A DNA stretch of 64,000 nucleotides from Nitrospirota bacterium (GTDB lineage Bacteria > Nitrospirota > UBA9217), in the NCBI GenBank assembly GCA_963845065.1, contig CAWJQQ010000005.1:1-64000 (forward strand), in the 5' to 3' direction. Under the pieces are notes generated by a model. It was not told the DNA's origin, did no database searches, and saw nothing but the letters and a program-made list of their open reading frames with translations. Of the stretch, positions 29,841-41,138 are shown piece after piece (the first letter of the stretch is position 1; each line of letters starts with the position of its first letter). A program made the position numbers and the translations under genes.

Positions 29841-31181
29841 TTACTGCCGGTTGTCGATCACGCGCTTGGCTTTGCCTTCGCTGCGCTGGATGGTGTTGGG
29901 CGGACGAAGAGTGACTTCCGTGTTCACGCCGATTATGTCTTTGACATTTTTCTGGATCTGGCGTTTGAGGTGCAGGAGCGCTTCTTCTTCCTGGACAAAA
30001 GCCTTGAGGTCCGTTGAGAGCACTTTCGACGCCATTTCCTCCATGAACTTCGGCGTCACCTCCACGTAGACGTTCATCTCGTCCAGCCTTCCCTTGCGGT
30101 TTACTTCGATGGTGTAATGAGGCGCAACCTCTGACGAGCGGAGCAGGACCGACTCCACTTGCGATGGGAACACGTTCACACCTCGGATGATGAGCATGTC
30201 ATCAGCGCGGCCAAGCACGCGCTTCATGCGGACAAGCGTCCTGCCGCAGACGCACTTCTCAAGATTGAGGCTCGTGATGTCACCGGTGCGGTAGCGGATG
30301 AGCGGCATTGCCTCACGCGACATGCTCGTGATCACGAGTTCACCTTCCTGGCCATATGGCAATTGTTCACCGTTTTCGGGATTGATAATTTCGGGATAAA
30401 AGTGGTCCTCGTTCAGGTGGAGGCCGTTCTGCGCCTCGATGCATTCGGATGAAACGCCGGGGCCAATGATCTCTGAAAGGCCGTAAATGTCGATGGCCTT
30501 TATCCGGAGCCGTTCCTCAACCTCTCGGCGCATTTCGTCGGTCCAAGGCTCTGCGCCAAAGAGCCCCACGCGCAACTTGATCGCATCGAAATTAACCTTC
30601 ATTTCACAGGCGACATCATAGATATACAGCGCAAAAGAAGGCGTCGAGCAGATCGCCGTGCTGCCGAAGTCCTGCAGGAGCATGATCTGCTTCTGCGTGT
30701 TTCCACCAGAGATTGGGATAACCGATGCACCAACACGCTCAGCCCCATAGTGCGCGCCGAGGCCACCGGTGAACAACCCGTAGCCGTAAGCGTTCTGGAC
30801 CACGTCCCTGTTCGTCACTCCGGCGCAAGTAAAGGTCCGGGCCATGACTTCAGCCCAGAGATTGATGTCGTTGCGGTTATAGGCTACGACCGTGGGCTTG
30901 CCCGTGGTACCCGACGAAGCATGGATGCGGACGACGTTTTCGAGCGGCTCGGCAAAGAGCCCATAAGGATAATTGTCGCGAAGGTCGGATTTTTTGGTAA
31001 ATGGGAGTTTCGTGATATCACGGACGTCCTTTACATCGGTGGGTTTAATACCCTTCTCGTCAAATTTCTTTCTATAAAAAGGGACGCGGGCATATACTCG
31101 CTCGCAGACTTTCTGCAGGCGTTCACTCTGCAGTTTGGTCAGTTCCTGTCGTGACAGGGATTCCTCGGGATTCCAGGGCAT
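29841..31181 (-). CDS. paaK: phenylacetate--CoA ligase family protein (second paralog)
   Basis: [37 protein letters not shown] before ATG 31181. Confidence 0.92.
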   Translation of the reverse strand: MPWNPEESLSRQELTKLQSERLQKVCERVYARVPFYRKKFDEKGIKPTDVKDVRDITKLPFTKKSDLRDNYPYGLFAEPLENVVRIHASSGTTGKPTVVAYNRNDINLWAEVMARTFTCAGVTNRDVVQNAYGYGLFTGGLGAHYGAERVGASVIPISGGNTQKQIMLLQDFGSTAICSTPSFALYIYDVACEMKVNFDAIKLRVGLFGAEPWTDEMRREVEERLRIKAIDIYGLSEIIGPGVSSECIEAQNGLHLNEDHFYPEIINPENGEQLPYGQEGELVITSMSREAMPLIRYRTGDITSLNLEKCVCGRTLVRMKRVLGRADDMLIIRGVNVFPSQVESVLLRSSEVAPHYTIEVNRKGRLDEMNVYVEVTPKFMEEMASKVLSTDLKAFVQEEEALLHLKRQIQKNVKDIIGVNTEVTLRPPNTIQRSEGKAKRVIDNRQ

Positions 31182-31431
31182 ACGTGGCTCCTCTGCATAA
31201 TTCATTGCCAGCGGGTTAAAAGGGCATGCTGGAACTGAAACGTCGACATTATAAACCAGAATGCTTGCTTTTGTAAATATAAAATCATATTCTTGTTGAG
31301 CCTGGAGGGGTGATTTTGCTATAATGGCATCGCATACCGAATCCTGCTTGCCCGCTTGCAAGCCTGCGTGCTCCCCATCGTTTCCGTGTGGTCGGATCTG
31401 ATTTTGATAAAATCCCAAGAAAGGACAACTC

Positions 31432-31839
31432 ATGGATGCTATGAAGAAATTCGTAGAAAAAGACCATTTCGCCAAACATCTAGGTGTAGAGATGCTCGAG
31501 TATTCAGCCGGAAAAGCAAAGGCCAGGATGGAGCTCAAAAGCTATCATTTGAACAGCGCTGGCACCGCGCACGGCGGCGCAATCTTCTCGCTCGCTGATG
31601 CAGTCTTTTCCGTGGCATCCAATTCCCACGGCTCGCTCGCAATGGCGATCAACGTGAGCATCTCTTTCTTTAAATCCGCGAAGAGCGGCATGCTCATTGC
31701 CGAAGGCCGCGAGGTTTCGCTCAACCCCAAGCTCGCGACCTACCTTATCGATGTGAAAGACGAAGCGGGGAATGCTATTGCTTTGTTTCAGGGCACGGTG
31801 TATCGAAAAAAAGAAAGTATTGGTGATTTCATCAAATAG
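31432..31839 (+). CDS. paaI: PaaI-family hotdog thioesterase
   Basis: [18 protein letters not shown] motif. Confidence 0.88.
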   Translation: MDAMKKFVEKDHFAKHLGVEMLEYSAGKAKARMELKSYHLNSAGTAHGGAIFSLADAVFSVASNSHGSLAMAINVSISFFKSAKSGMLIAEGREVSLNPKLATYLIDVKDEAGNAIALFQGTVYRKKESIGDFIK

Positions 31840-31898
31840 AATAGCGATGTAAAAAATTGGGCTTTTAACCATTATCACAACTAACTAAGGCAACAAGG

Positions 31899-32519
31899 AT
31901 GCTTTATCAGAGACAGGGAACCATCCCATCAAGTAAGCGACACTGCGAAGAATGGCACCGTGGCCGCACGAAATACGGCTTATGGCTAATCGAACTCGGA
32001 ACAGAACTCTTGCAACGAGTCGAAACCGCACGAGAACATCTCTCCGATTTCCTGATGAAGCCCTATCACAGACAACATCATATTTCTATATTTAGTTGCG
32101 GCTTTCTGGCAGCGGCCATGTCTATTGCCGATTATTACAGCACTGAATAGTGTCATGAATAGGCTGAATTGTTGAACCATGCGGACATCAGGCCCTTCAT
32201 CATAGAAGTCGTTGGATTAAACAGTTTTGCGTCTGCCTCCTTTCTGGAAGTGCAAGTCTTGGACGATGGCATTGAGCAAGTAAAGGCCGTATTGTCGATG
32301 ACCGCCAAGGAGATCGGGAGGAGCTCGTTTACTCCCCATGTAACTATCGGATTTTATTCGAAGGCCCTTCAAAGCCGTGTTGGAGGCGAGAAACTCTCAA
32401 ATTTTCAAAGCAAGCCAGTCAGACTCACCGTATGCCAGCTCACCTTTGCAACATACGAGGCGCGGGAAATAGCCTGAGCAATGACTGTAAAACACAATGT
32501 TGCCCTGCAGTCAGAGTAA
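31899..32519 (+). pseudogene. 2H phosphoesterase (2'-5' RNA ligase-like) pseudogene
   Basis: HISI and HVTI motifs in one frame, interrupted by TAG 32148, TAG 32160 and TGA 32475. Confidence 0.7.
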
Positions 32520-32658
32520 ACAAATACGAACTGCTAATCGGAGAATTGTCATACGCGAGTGTGGGGATAACGTGATCGTCGAATATACATAATGAAAGAC
32601 ATTCCTCGGCTAGGCTTTTTTCTTTGCCATTTTTCTTGAACATGCTATAGTTTCCTTC

Positions 32659-33906
32659 ATGTCCGAACCGAAACCACCCCACGTTCCCATTCATTACGCT
32701 TGGGTTATCGTCCTCACCGGCACTCTCTGCATCGTCGCCTGCCTCGGGTTCGGCCGCTTTGCACTCGGCATGTTACTACCGTCCATGGCAGCATCACTGA
32801 ATCTTTCCTATTCGCAAATAGGCTACATCAGCACGGCCAACTTCGTCGGATATCTCTCGGCCGTCCTATTCTGCGGACGGATTGCAGGACGGATCGGCTC
32901 TCAGCGGCTAATCGTGGCCGCGCTCATTTTGATCAGCGTCTCAATGGCGCTCATCAGCCGATCATCGAGTTTTTTGACGATATTACTCCTCTACATGATC
33001 ACTGGCATAGGGAGCGGAGCAGCGAACGTTCCTGTGATGGGTCTCATTACATCATGGTTCGACCGCACGATCCGCGGCCGGGCCGCTGGATTCGTGGTAA
33101 TCGGAAGCGGATTCGCCATCATCATCTCCGGCAAGCTCATTCCTTTTGTTAACAAACTCGTCGGTCCGGACGGCTGGAGGATCAGCTGGCTCATCCTCGC
33201 AGGTGCCATTGCGGCAATTGCCCTTATCAGCCATCAGTTCCTCAGAAACAAACCCGAAGACAAGGGGCTCTCCCCACTAGGCAGCGAAGGCAAAGAAATC
33301 ACCCCGGTTCTGCGTACAGCTGTTGATACAAAAAGCATCTACATAAACAAGACCATCTATCTTCTCGGCGCGATTTACTTCCTCTTTGGCTACACCTATG
33401 TGATATATGCGACGTTCATTGTTACCGCACTGGTTAGGGAGCGGGGCTTCTCCGAAGCGATCGCAGGCAATTTCTGGTCCTGGGTCGGGTTTCTAAGCCT
33501 CTTTTCCGGGCCTGTTTTCGGAACGCTTTCGGACAAGCTCGGAAGAAAGGCCGGGCTAATGATCGTCTTCTCGCTTCAGACGCTTGCCTACCTTCTTGCT
33601 GCAGCGAACCTCCCGCCGATGTTTCTCTATCTTTCGATAGGCTTCTATGGGATTGTGGCCTGGTCCATCCCCTCCATCATGGTCGCAGCCGTGAGCGAAT
33701 ACGTGGGCGTGGACGAGGCTCTTGCGGCCTTCGGCTTCATCACGTTCATCTTCGGCCTCGGTCAGATCACCGGCCCGTCAATCGCCGGCATCCTAGCTGA
33801 AAAGACTGGCAGTTTTTCATCAAGCTTCTTCATGGCAGCAGTCTTTGCCAGTGCGGCGATTCTGCTCACCGTCTTCCTGAAAAGACCCGATTCGGAACGG
33901 CTGTAA
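32659..33906 (+). CDS. MFS transporter (YbfB/YjiJ-like)
   Basis: 12-TM pattern; GFGRFALGMLLPSM; GTLSDKLGRK. Confidence 0.88.
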   Translation: MSEPKPPHVPIHYAWVIVLTGTLCIVACLGFGRFALGMLLPSMAASLNLSYSQIGYISTANFVGYLSAVLFCGRIAGRIGSQRLIVAALILISVSMALISRSSSFLTILLLYMITGIGSGAANVPVMGLITSWFDRTIRGRAAGFVVIGSGFAIIISGKLIPFVNKLVGPDGWRISWLILAGAIAAIALISHQFLRNKPEDKGLSPLGSEGKEITPVLRTAVDTKSIYINKTIYLLGAIYFLFGYTYVIYATFIVTALVRERGFSEAIAGNFWSWVGFLSLFSGPVFGTLSDKLGRKAGLMIVFSLQTLAYLLAAANLPPMFLYLSIGFYGIVAWSIPSIMVAAVSEYVGVDEALAAFGFITFIFGLGQITGPSIAGILAEKTGSFSSSFFMAAVFASAAILLTVFLKRPDSERL

Positions 33907-34573
33907 ACACATCTTTTAACTCGTCGCACTCGCTGAAAACGTGACAAGTACGCTTACTGTGATGATCTGTTTAATGGCATTCGTTATCATTGCTTATACC
34001 TCCGTGTCAATACGAATCACAGCGCTGTTTACAAGAACACGAATAACTGCTCTGCGCACTCCTGCTTCTTTCCATTTTGTTACACTACATGTTCGTTCGA
34101 CAAAACTACTTTTGAAAATTATATCACCCGCCTCCATGCATATTAAGGAGTACGATCAATCCCGCTGTATCGTCAAAGCAAATCCTTTGGTAGATGTGGA
34201 ACTTCATCAGAAGGCACAATGTTCCTTATAACAAACGTCACGATAGTATATTCTCATCGATCGGGTGCGCACCGTGCGCATTCACTATTGGCCGCAGAAA
34301 GACATCTGCGTCGACGCTAGTGGTTGGAGGAACCGGCATCAAAAGAATTCAAGATGCATGTCGGAAATAGTTCGAATTGATGGGAGCGAACAAAGGATTT
34401 ATTCGATGACGCCGATCACGGCACCGGCAACTACTGTGTGTTTTCTGTGTCATTGCAAGAGACTTCTTGTTCTCAGGTCTCTCCAGGTGTATATTGGCAT
34501 TCCGGATAGAAAGAGGGCTATGGCCTGATCAGTTCACACGATAGGGTGGGGTCCTCAAACTCGGGGAGAGACC

Positions 34574-35578
34574 ATGAAACGGAAAGCAATTGCCCTTTTT
34601 TCAGGCGGGCTTGACAGCACCCTAGCCATTTTGTTGATCCAGAAGCAAAACATCGATGTGCTGGCGATCACGTTTCTGACCGACTTCGGATGTGATATCA
34701 GTGATTACTCGTCGTGTTCGAAGAATCCCGGTCCCGCAGCTGCAAAATTCGGCTTCAGCCTCAAGCTTTGCCATCTGGGACAGAAGTTCATCGAAATCGT
34801 GAAAAAGCCTCACCACGGTCATGGCAAGAACATGAACCCCTGCATCGACTGCCGTATCCTGATGCTCCAGGAAGCCGGAGTTTTGATGGAGATGGTCGGC
34901 GCTGATTTTGTCCTCACCGGTGAAGTGCTGGGCCAGCGGCCAATGTCACAGCAGCGCAACACACTTAGCCTTATCGAGCGGGAGAGCGGCCTGAAGGGCC
35001 TCATCGTGCGGCCCTTGTCCGCCCAACTCATGCCTATAACCATCCCTGAGGCCCATGGGATAATTGACCGGGATCGCCTCTTGGCAATGAAGGGCAGAAC
35101 GCGAAAACCACAGATGGAACTTGCTCGCAAACTGGGACTGACGGACTATCCTACACCTGCAGGCGGCTGCCTCCTGACCGATCCAATTTACGCAAGACGT
35201 TTGCAAGACCTGCTCCGGGCGAATCCTGATCCTGACGACATGGACCTGAGACTCCTCCGGCTCGGGCGGCACTTCAGGCCCTCCAAGGCATGCAAAATAA
35301 TAGTTGGAAGAAACGAGACAGAGAACAACGCAATCGAAAAAATGCAAAGACCTGGCGATGTACATATGTATGTCGATGGCGTGGGAACCCCTTTCGTACT
35401 CCTGACCGGCCCTGAGGCAGAAAAACACCTTGATCTTGGTGCTTCGCTCTGTGCACGGTACTCGGATAAGAAGCTTGACCCCGAGGTACAAGTCACGATC
35501 ACGGGTAGCACAGGAACTTCCATGATCTGGACTAGACCGGCCGGGGAAGAGGTTGTTGACAACTATCGTATCCAATGA
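34574..35578 (+). CDS. ThiI/MnmA-like PP-loop tRNA thiolation enzyme with C-terminal DUF814-like domain
   Basis: SGGLDS; NPCIDCR; GEVLGQRPMSQ; GGCLLTD; GRHFR...GRNE. Confidence 0.8.
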   Translation: MKRKAIALFSGGLDSTLAILLIQKQNIDVLAITFLTDFGCDISDYSSCSKNPGPAAAKFGFSLKLCHLGQKFIEIVKKPHHGHGKNMNPCIDCRILMLQEAGVLMEMVGADFVLTGEVLGQRPMSQQRNTLSLIERESGLKGLIVRPLSAQLMPITIPEAHGIIDRDRLLAMKGRTRKPQMELARKLGLTDYPTPAGGCLLTDPIYARRLQDLLRANPDPDDMDLRLLRLGRHFRPSKACKIIVGRNETENNAIEKMQRPGDVHMYVDGVGTPFVLLTGPEAEKHLDLGASLCARYSDKKLDPEVQVTITGSTGTSMIWTRPAGEEVVDNYRIQ

Positions 35579-35657
35579 ATGCTCTCTCGGAAAGCAGGAT
35601 GGAACAGCGTGCTCGCGCTATCACGTACATGAACTCAACGCCGGTAAGGCAATGGCC

Positions 35658-37151
35658 TCAGGGGAAAAGCACTGTCTGATCTTTTCTAAGTTGATGGAAG
35701 CTCGCTTCGGGCATATGAAATACGTTCTTAAATATCCTGTTCATAACAAAAACAAGCTGACGGAATTTATATGCATCATGGTGTGAGTCACCCTTTCGCT
35801 CCGAATTGTGGAAGCTCTCCACATCGGATATGCGCAGCTCTACGCCCAGCGTGTGCTGCTCCGTTTTTCTTCTGATCTGGTCCCTTCTCGCATAGAGCGC
35901 TGTGCCCGGGATCATGATCTCATTCGTTTCCGCATCTCGATGGATCGGCACAGAAAAACCGATCTTGCATTGGAACTTCCTGTGGCCCCGGGAAGTATGT
36001 ACATTCTTTTCTGCGTTCATTCCCAACGCTTCAAAGAACTCCCTCGCATGGGCGAGAAGACTGCCCTCCTCCGGCGTTTCATTGCCTCCACCGCTTCGTG
36101 CAAGACTGATCAATAACCTCCGTACCGCCTCCCGCATGCTCTCCGGTCGATCGTAAAGTGTCTGGGTAATGGAGTGCGAAGCAGTGTTTTCCTGGAGAAT
36201 CACCCCGCGTTTTTGAAGAGCATGAAAGAGCTTCAGCGTGTCATCTGAGCTGTTTAGGATGAAAGTGATTGCAAGGATGTCCCTGATATCATATGCTTCT
36301 CCCTCTACGTTTTTTGCCAGTTTGGTGACCATGCTTTCCGGGCTTTTTAGCCGCGCCTTGATCTCAGCAATATCGACATCGACCCCATCCCCGCTGTTGA
36401 AGACAAGGCAACCTTTTGAAAGATCGAAAGCTACGGACTCTCGCAATCGGTGGAAAAAAGCTGAGATCTTGACAAAAGCCCGTTGAGCAGGTTCTGTATC
36501 GGGGATGTGCGCTGGATGCTCCCAATCGTAATGGTAGAGATCATCGAGACTCTGACCATGCATTTCTAAAAAAAATCCAAGCTGGACATAATCGTTGATG
36601 TCTTGGCTGTCCTCCTCGATTGACTTGATCAGGTAGCCCATCTTGAGCAGGGAACAAGCCGCCTTCTGCCAAACCGACGGCACAGCAAAATTTTTTCCCT
36701 GGAATCCGGAAAAAACGAAGGGATACTTTCGGGACGAAGCAAGCAGAAAAAGATGCCGAGGATCTTCATCTACTAAGTGCCTGAATTGTTTATCCTGCAG
36801 GACTGTTACTGTTGCACCGATGGCCTTCAGGCATGTCCTGTAAAGATCTGCATTTGGTGATTGTAGGCCAACAAGCTCTTCCAGCTGCTTAGTCGCAAAG
36901 GGGAAAAGGCCGTCGAAAAAATAGGCATAGGCGCGCATGATGTAGTGCGCCGCCCTTGCACGTTCGCTTTCCTGCAGCTTATCACTACCGAGCGTATCAA
37001 AGCCACGGTTTGCCATCATCCGTGTGGCCTGCTTGAGGGACGATGCGTAATCTCGTGCGGGTAAAAGCAGAAACGGCGTCATCTCGGTCCGGTCAAGGAT
37101 GGAACCGAAGATTTCATGATGAAGTTCCTGGTTAGACAATAAATTTTCCAT
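35658..37151 (-). CDS. divergent RelA/SpoT-related nucleotidyltransferase (TIGR04552/TIGR04562-like)
   Basis: ARLKSPESMVTKL; DIRDILAITFI; GHRKFQ; VELRISD; LFLLASS..QKAACSLLKM; SHHDAYKFRQ. Confidence 0.65.
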   Translation of the reverse strand: MENLLSNQELHHEIFGSILDRTEMTPFLLLPARDYASSLKQATRMMANRGFDTLGSDKLQESERARAAHYIMRAYAYFFDGLFPFATKQLEELVGLQSPNADLYRTCLKAIGATVTVLQDKQFRHLVDEDPRHLFLLASSRKYPFVFSGFQGKNFAVPSVWQKAACSLLKMGYLIKSIEEDSQDINDYVQLGFFLEMHGQSLDDLYHYDWEHPAHIPDTEPAQRAFVKISAFFHRLRESVAFDLSKGCLVFNSGDGVDVDIAEIKARLKSPESMVTKLAKNVEGEAYDIRDILAITFILNSSDDTLKLFHALQKRGVILQENTASHSITQTLYDRPESMREAVRRLLISLARSGGGNETPEEGSLLAHAREFFEALGMNAEKNVHTSRGHRKFQCKIGFSVPIHRDAETNEIMIPGTALYARRDQIRRKTEQHTLGVELRISDVESFHNSERKGDSHHDAYKFRQLVFVMNRIFKNVFHMPEASFHQLRKDQTVLFP

Positions 37152-37206
37152 GGACAACCTTATTGCAGATCAGGCGCGTTATTCACCGTGGCCCATTATG
37201 GTAAAG

Positions 37207-37485
37207 CTAGATTTGAATATTCATATTAGTGCGCTCCAAAAAAAATTGATCCAATAGCGTTCTAAATAGTGATCTTAGGATATTGGAATCATTTTTAAAG
37301 ACGAATTTCCATTGTCCAATAAAAAGCCAATGAAAGCTTGAGGTACCCCAGCTCGGTACAGAGCCTATCAGCATGTGAATGTGGGACAGGAAACATAGAG
37401 ATAAAGACAGGAATCTCCGGATCAGTACGGCATCATCAGTGTTTTTTTCAATAAGGAGAACGGATATGGTTTTTGGCTCATCCAT
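37207..37485 (-). pseudogene. decayed response-regulator receiver fragment
   Basis: N-terminal ISVLLIEKNTDDAVLIRRFL resembles a receiver beta1-alpha1; the rest does not match. Confidence 0.4.
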
Positions 37486-37955
37486 TGCCGCATTTACTTG
37501 CTGGCCGGGAACATGCGTTCAAGAACATCTCAATGGATAGTATAAGGATAGAACAGAAATGGTTAAATTTCAAGTTATGGTTCGAGTATATTTCACGTTT
37601 CCGTTCAATCATAATGCATTGAGCTAAGAGGATAGAAAGTTGCATTGGAGGGTTTTTTACATAGCTGAGACCCGGCGTTTTTCTTAGAAACTCATTAAAG
37701 AATACTTTAATGATACTACCTCCTGCTTTTTCCTGGGTTGTTCCAGCAGTCTACTTACGGCAGACTCTCCCCCAGCAGTTCTACAGGAGGCTTCGTCCGA
37801 ATCAGCGTCTCTTCTCTGTCAAAGCTGACTTTGATCTGCATGATGTATCCCGGACAGTTCATGGCAATAAGTAGTGCGGACGTGTCCTTAGTGTCCTTAG
37901 TGTTCTTAAGCTTTTGCCCCGAAATATGTGCGGATAGCAGGCTCGCCACGCGGGG

Positions 37956-40481
37956 TCACTCAGAACTGATAAAGGCTTTCGCGTCTATTTTTCGAGCAAG
38001 ATAGGATGGTATAAGACTGGCCGCCAATGTGGAAATGAACAGCAGCAGCATGAGCAAAAAAATAGTGAGAAATGGCATCCGGACGCTAACTTCCCATCCG
38101 AACGAGATCCTATTAATTATGTGAGTTATCACGATGCTGATGGCGGAACCCATGAGGAAGCCCAGTGTGATTCCGGCGATAGCCACAATGCTTGCTGATA
38201 TTACCATGACCTGGCTGATCTGTTTCCATGTCGCGCCGAGGTACCGCAACACGGAGATCTCCCGCTTCCGTTCAAAAACAAGGATGAGGAGCGCGTTCAC
38301 CACGCCGATCAGGGAGATGATAATTGCTATCAGCTCAATCGCATAGGTTAGCGCAAAGCTCTTGTCAAAAATCCTCAGGACAGCATTTCGGAAATCATTA
38401 TTATCCGTAATGTCGAGTGCATATGAATTACCAATTTTCTGCTTAAGCTTCTGAATGAAACTTCTGGCAGACTGTCCTTTCGCGAGGTACACGCTTAGTT
38501 GCGTCGCGTCATCGAGCCCCCAGAATTCTTTGAGCCATCTCCTGTCCAGGTACAGGAAGCCAGACATCGTCGAATAACTGATGGCAGTGCTAATAACGGT
38601 AAAGGCGATCTTTCCCTTTGGCGTCTGGAGAAGAACGACATCGCCTCGCTTCAATCCGTACTTCACCTTCAGGTAATCCGAGATCGATATCTCGCGGTAT
38701 TGGGCAAACCTCCGCAGATGCTCCTTCTCTTCGCTACTGATATTTGGCCGGTATTTCGAAAGCAGATCGGAATTCCCAAACCCGGCTATGACCTTTTGAC
38801 CGAGTAGCTCGAGCTGGAGAGCGCGGTATCTACCAACCTTTTCTACGCCCGGCATGCGCTCCACAGTCCTTACGAGCTTACCAGCAAGGGGATCAAAACA
38901 GAAGTTCGATACGCATGAAGCGGGCTTGATGTACACATCGGCAGCAATGTAGATTTTGATCCAGTCGATAAATGAAGTTTTGAGGGAATACACCGATGAG
39001 ACGATTGCTACGATCAGGGCGGCGCTTACAGCAACACTCATGAGCGCGAGCGAAAACCGATAGCGGCTTCCTTTCATGTCTCCTACAGCAATCCGTGCGC
39101 CCGCGGAAAACAGTCTGGAGACCGGTTTCGGTGCTGCCTCCAAGCCGGCCCCGAGGTAAGCCGGTGCAAGCAGGGTACAGCCCAGTATGAACAGGACGAT
39201 CCCCCCATAGGAAAGCCAAGGAAAATTAAACCATGCATACCGGTAGTCCGCATAGGTGACTGCTGTCCCACACAGGATGGTGATAACGCCAGCGACTGAG
39301 AGAAACCTCAGGCTACCTCTAGAGGACCTCTCGAATGTTCCTTCTTGCGCGCTTTCGTTCGGCCTCACATTCGCAGATTGGAACGCAGGGACTATTGAGG
39401 CAAGAAAAGAAACGCTCAAGCCGAGGAGCAAGGTTCGCATGACATCATGCCACGTAATGACGAAATCCGGCAGCACAACGTTACCATAGAACCGGGTAAT
39501 TGTCTTCTGCACTGCCATAGTAGAAAACCATGCGACTAACTGGCCGAAGGCAATGCCGAGTAACGAGCCTAGGAGTCCTAAGACTACGCCTTGGATCGAG
39601 AAAAGAACAATTACCGTTTTCCGGTCCATGCCAAGTCCGCGAAGAATGCCTATCTCGGTCCGCCGTTTTACCACGGAAATGAAGATAGTATTATATAAAA
39701 GAAAAATGCTGACCAATACAGCAAGAAACGTGACGAACCGCAAATTGTATCGAAAACTTTCTACAAGTGACTGCTGGTTCTCAAGGACTTTCTCTTTCTT
39801 CACGATGGCAAGTCCAGGGAGAAGGACCTGGCCAATCGCTGATGCCGTTTTCTCATCAGCGTTCACCTCGATCCTGGTAAGTTGGCCGAACTTTTTGAAG
39901 TACTCCTGAAAGTTCCCGAGGTCCATAAAGACCCTGTTCTTCGGGATCAGTGAATTATCGATGACGTCCACGACTTGGAGCCGGTATTCTTTATCATAAA
40001 TAAAGGCACTGAAGGTGTTCCTTTTTTTGAGATTGTGCGCGTCGCTGAATTGTTTCGTGATAAGTACACCGTTCAGGTTTTTGAAGAAAGCCTCTATCTC
40101 GATTTTCTTTTGGACAGACATACCTGGCAAGGAGAGGGCCTTTACCGTATAAATTCCTTGAATATCGATGGCCTCATTCCATCCGGGAATTACGGCGTGT
40201 GCAGATAAGACCGGCATGCAGTTCTCCGTGATTGCCCTGACTGACCGGTATGTCTTTTCGGGGAAATCGGTCCCCGAGGAATCTACGATCTCATAGTTGA
40301 ACGTTGAATTGATTCCTACAATGTTTGCTTCAAAAGAGCCGACTGCCCGCTGTGCTGCAACGGAAACCCCCATAAACAAGCCGATGCCAAGCGCAATGCC
40401 GACGACTGAGAGAGTCGTAAGAAAACGTTCTGCCTTCATATTCCCAAGTACAATCAATTTTACGAGTGTCGCAAATCTCAT
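37956..40481 (-). CDS. FtsX/MacB-type ABC transporter permease (AttF/G-like)
   Basis: Two FtsX repeats: SVVKRRTEIGILRGLG and ERKREISVLRYLGA. Confidence 0.9.
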   Translation of the reverse strand: MRFATLVKLIVLGNMKAERFLTTLSVVGIALGIGLFMGVSVAAQRAVGSFEANIVGINSTFNYEIVDSSGTDFPEKTYRSVRAITENCMPVLSAHAVIPGWNEAIDIQGIYTVKALSLPGMSVQKKIEIEAFFKNLNGVLITKQFSDAHNLKKRNTFSAFIYDKEYRLQVVDVIDNSLIPKNRVFMDLGNFQEYFKKFGQLTRIEVNADEKTASAIGQVLLPGLAIVKKEKVLENQQSLVESFRYNLRFVTFLAVLVSIFLLYNTIFISVVKRRTEIGILRGLGMDRKTVIVLFSIQGVVLGLLGSLLGIAFGQLVAWFSTMAVQKTITRFYGNVVLPDFVITWHDVMRTLLLGLSVSFLASIVPAFQSANVRPNESAQEGTFERSSRGSLRFLSVAGVITILCGTAVTYADYRYAWFNFPWLSYGGIVLFILGCTLLAPAYLGAGLEAAPKPVSRLFSAGARIAVGDMKGSRYRFSLALMSVAVSAALIVAIVSSVYSLKTSFIDWIKIYIAADVYIKPASCVSNFCFDPLAGKLVRTVERMPGVEKVGRYRALQLELLGQKVIAGFGNSDLLSKYRPNISSEEKEHLRRFAQYREISISDYLKVKYGLKRGDVVLLQTPKGKIAFTVISTAISYSTMSGFLYLDRRWLKEFWGLDDATQLSVYLAKGQSARSFIQKLKQKIGNSYALDITDNNDFRNAVLRIFDKSFALTYAIELIAIIISLIGVVNALLILVFERKREISVLRYLGATWKQISQVMVISASIVAIAGITLGFLMGSAISIVITHIINRISFGWEVSVRMPFLTIFLLMLLLFISTLAASLIPSYLARKIDAKAFISSE

Positions 40482-41125
40482 GGCAATAACGCCCCATCGT
40501 GGATCCTGATTATCCGGGTCGCATAATTCGCTACGGCCTCATTATGGGTGACCAGGACAACGGTCTTTTTATCGCGTGTTGCCCTGTCTTTTATCAATTC
40601 GACGATGGACGTCCCGGTCCTGCTGTCCAGATTGCCTGTAGGCTCGTCAGCAAGGATGATCCTGGGCTCATGAATGAGCGCTCGCGCTATGGCGACCCGC
40701 TGCTGCTCACCTCCTGACAGGGCGGAGGGATAGTCGTTTTCTCTTCCAGCTAGACCGACCATTCGGATATATTCCGCTACCTTGGATTCTTGACGCTGTT
40801 CATTGTTCAGAAGAAGTGGCATTTCGATATTCTCAGAGACCGTTATATTCGGTAGGAGATTGAAGAACTGAAATATAAAGCCGACAGTTTTCCTACGATA
40901 AGCCGTGAGTTGCCCTTCGGTATATAACGAGACGATGTCCTGGTCCACTACGATCCTGCCTCGGTCGGGAACATCCATGCCACCGATCAAATTCAGGAGT
41001 GTGGACTTCCCTGAGCCTGAACTGCCCATGATCGCTATGAATTCCCCTGTGTCCACCACGAGGTTGATCCCGCGAAACACCACCCTTTTCCCATAATGCT
41101 TTTCAACGCTCTCGAGCCGTATCAT
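40478..41125 (-). CDS. ABC transporter ATP-binding protein (LolD/AttE-like)
   Basis: GSSGSGKST; LSGGEQQRVAIARAL; ADEPTGNLD. Confidence 0.93.
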   Translation of the reverse strand: MIRLESVEKHYGKRVVFRGINLVVDTGEFIAIMGSSGSGKSTLLNLIGGMDVPDRGRIVVDQDIVSLYTEGQLTAYRRKTVGFIFQFFNLLPNITVSENIEMPLLLNNEQRQESKVAEYIRMVGLAGRENDYPSALSGGEQQRVAIARALIHEPRIILADEPTGNLDSRTGTSIVELIKDRATRDKKTVVLVTHNEAVANYATRIIRIHDGALLP

Positions 41126-41138
41126 TCGATTTCACCAA

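Noticed and set aside
31182..31538. 119-aa N-terminal extension of the second PaaK
   Set aside because: It overlaps the divergent paaI and its promoter region; a good RBS sits at ATG 31181.
32148..32162. Amber (pyrrolysine) readthrough in the 2H phosphoesterase
   Set aside because: A TGA also interrupts the frame and no pyl genes are seen; simple decay is more likely.
37882..37908. 3x 9-bp tandem repeat GTGT(C/T)CTTA
   Set aside because: Short intergenic repeat with no link to a promoter or reading frame.
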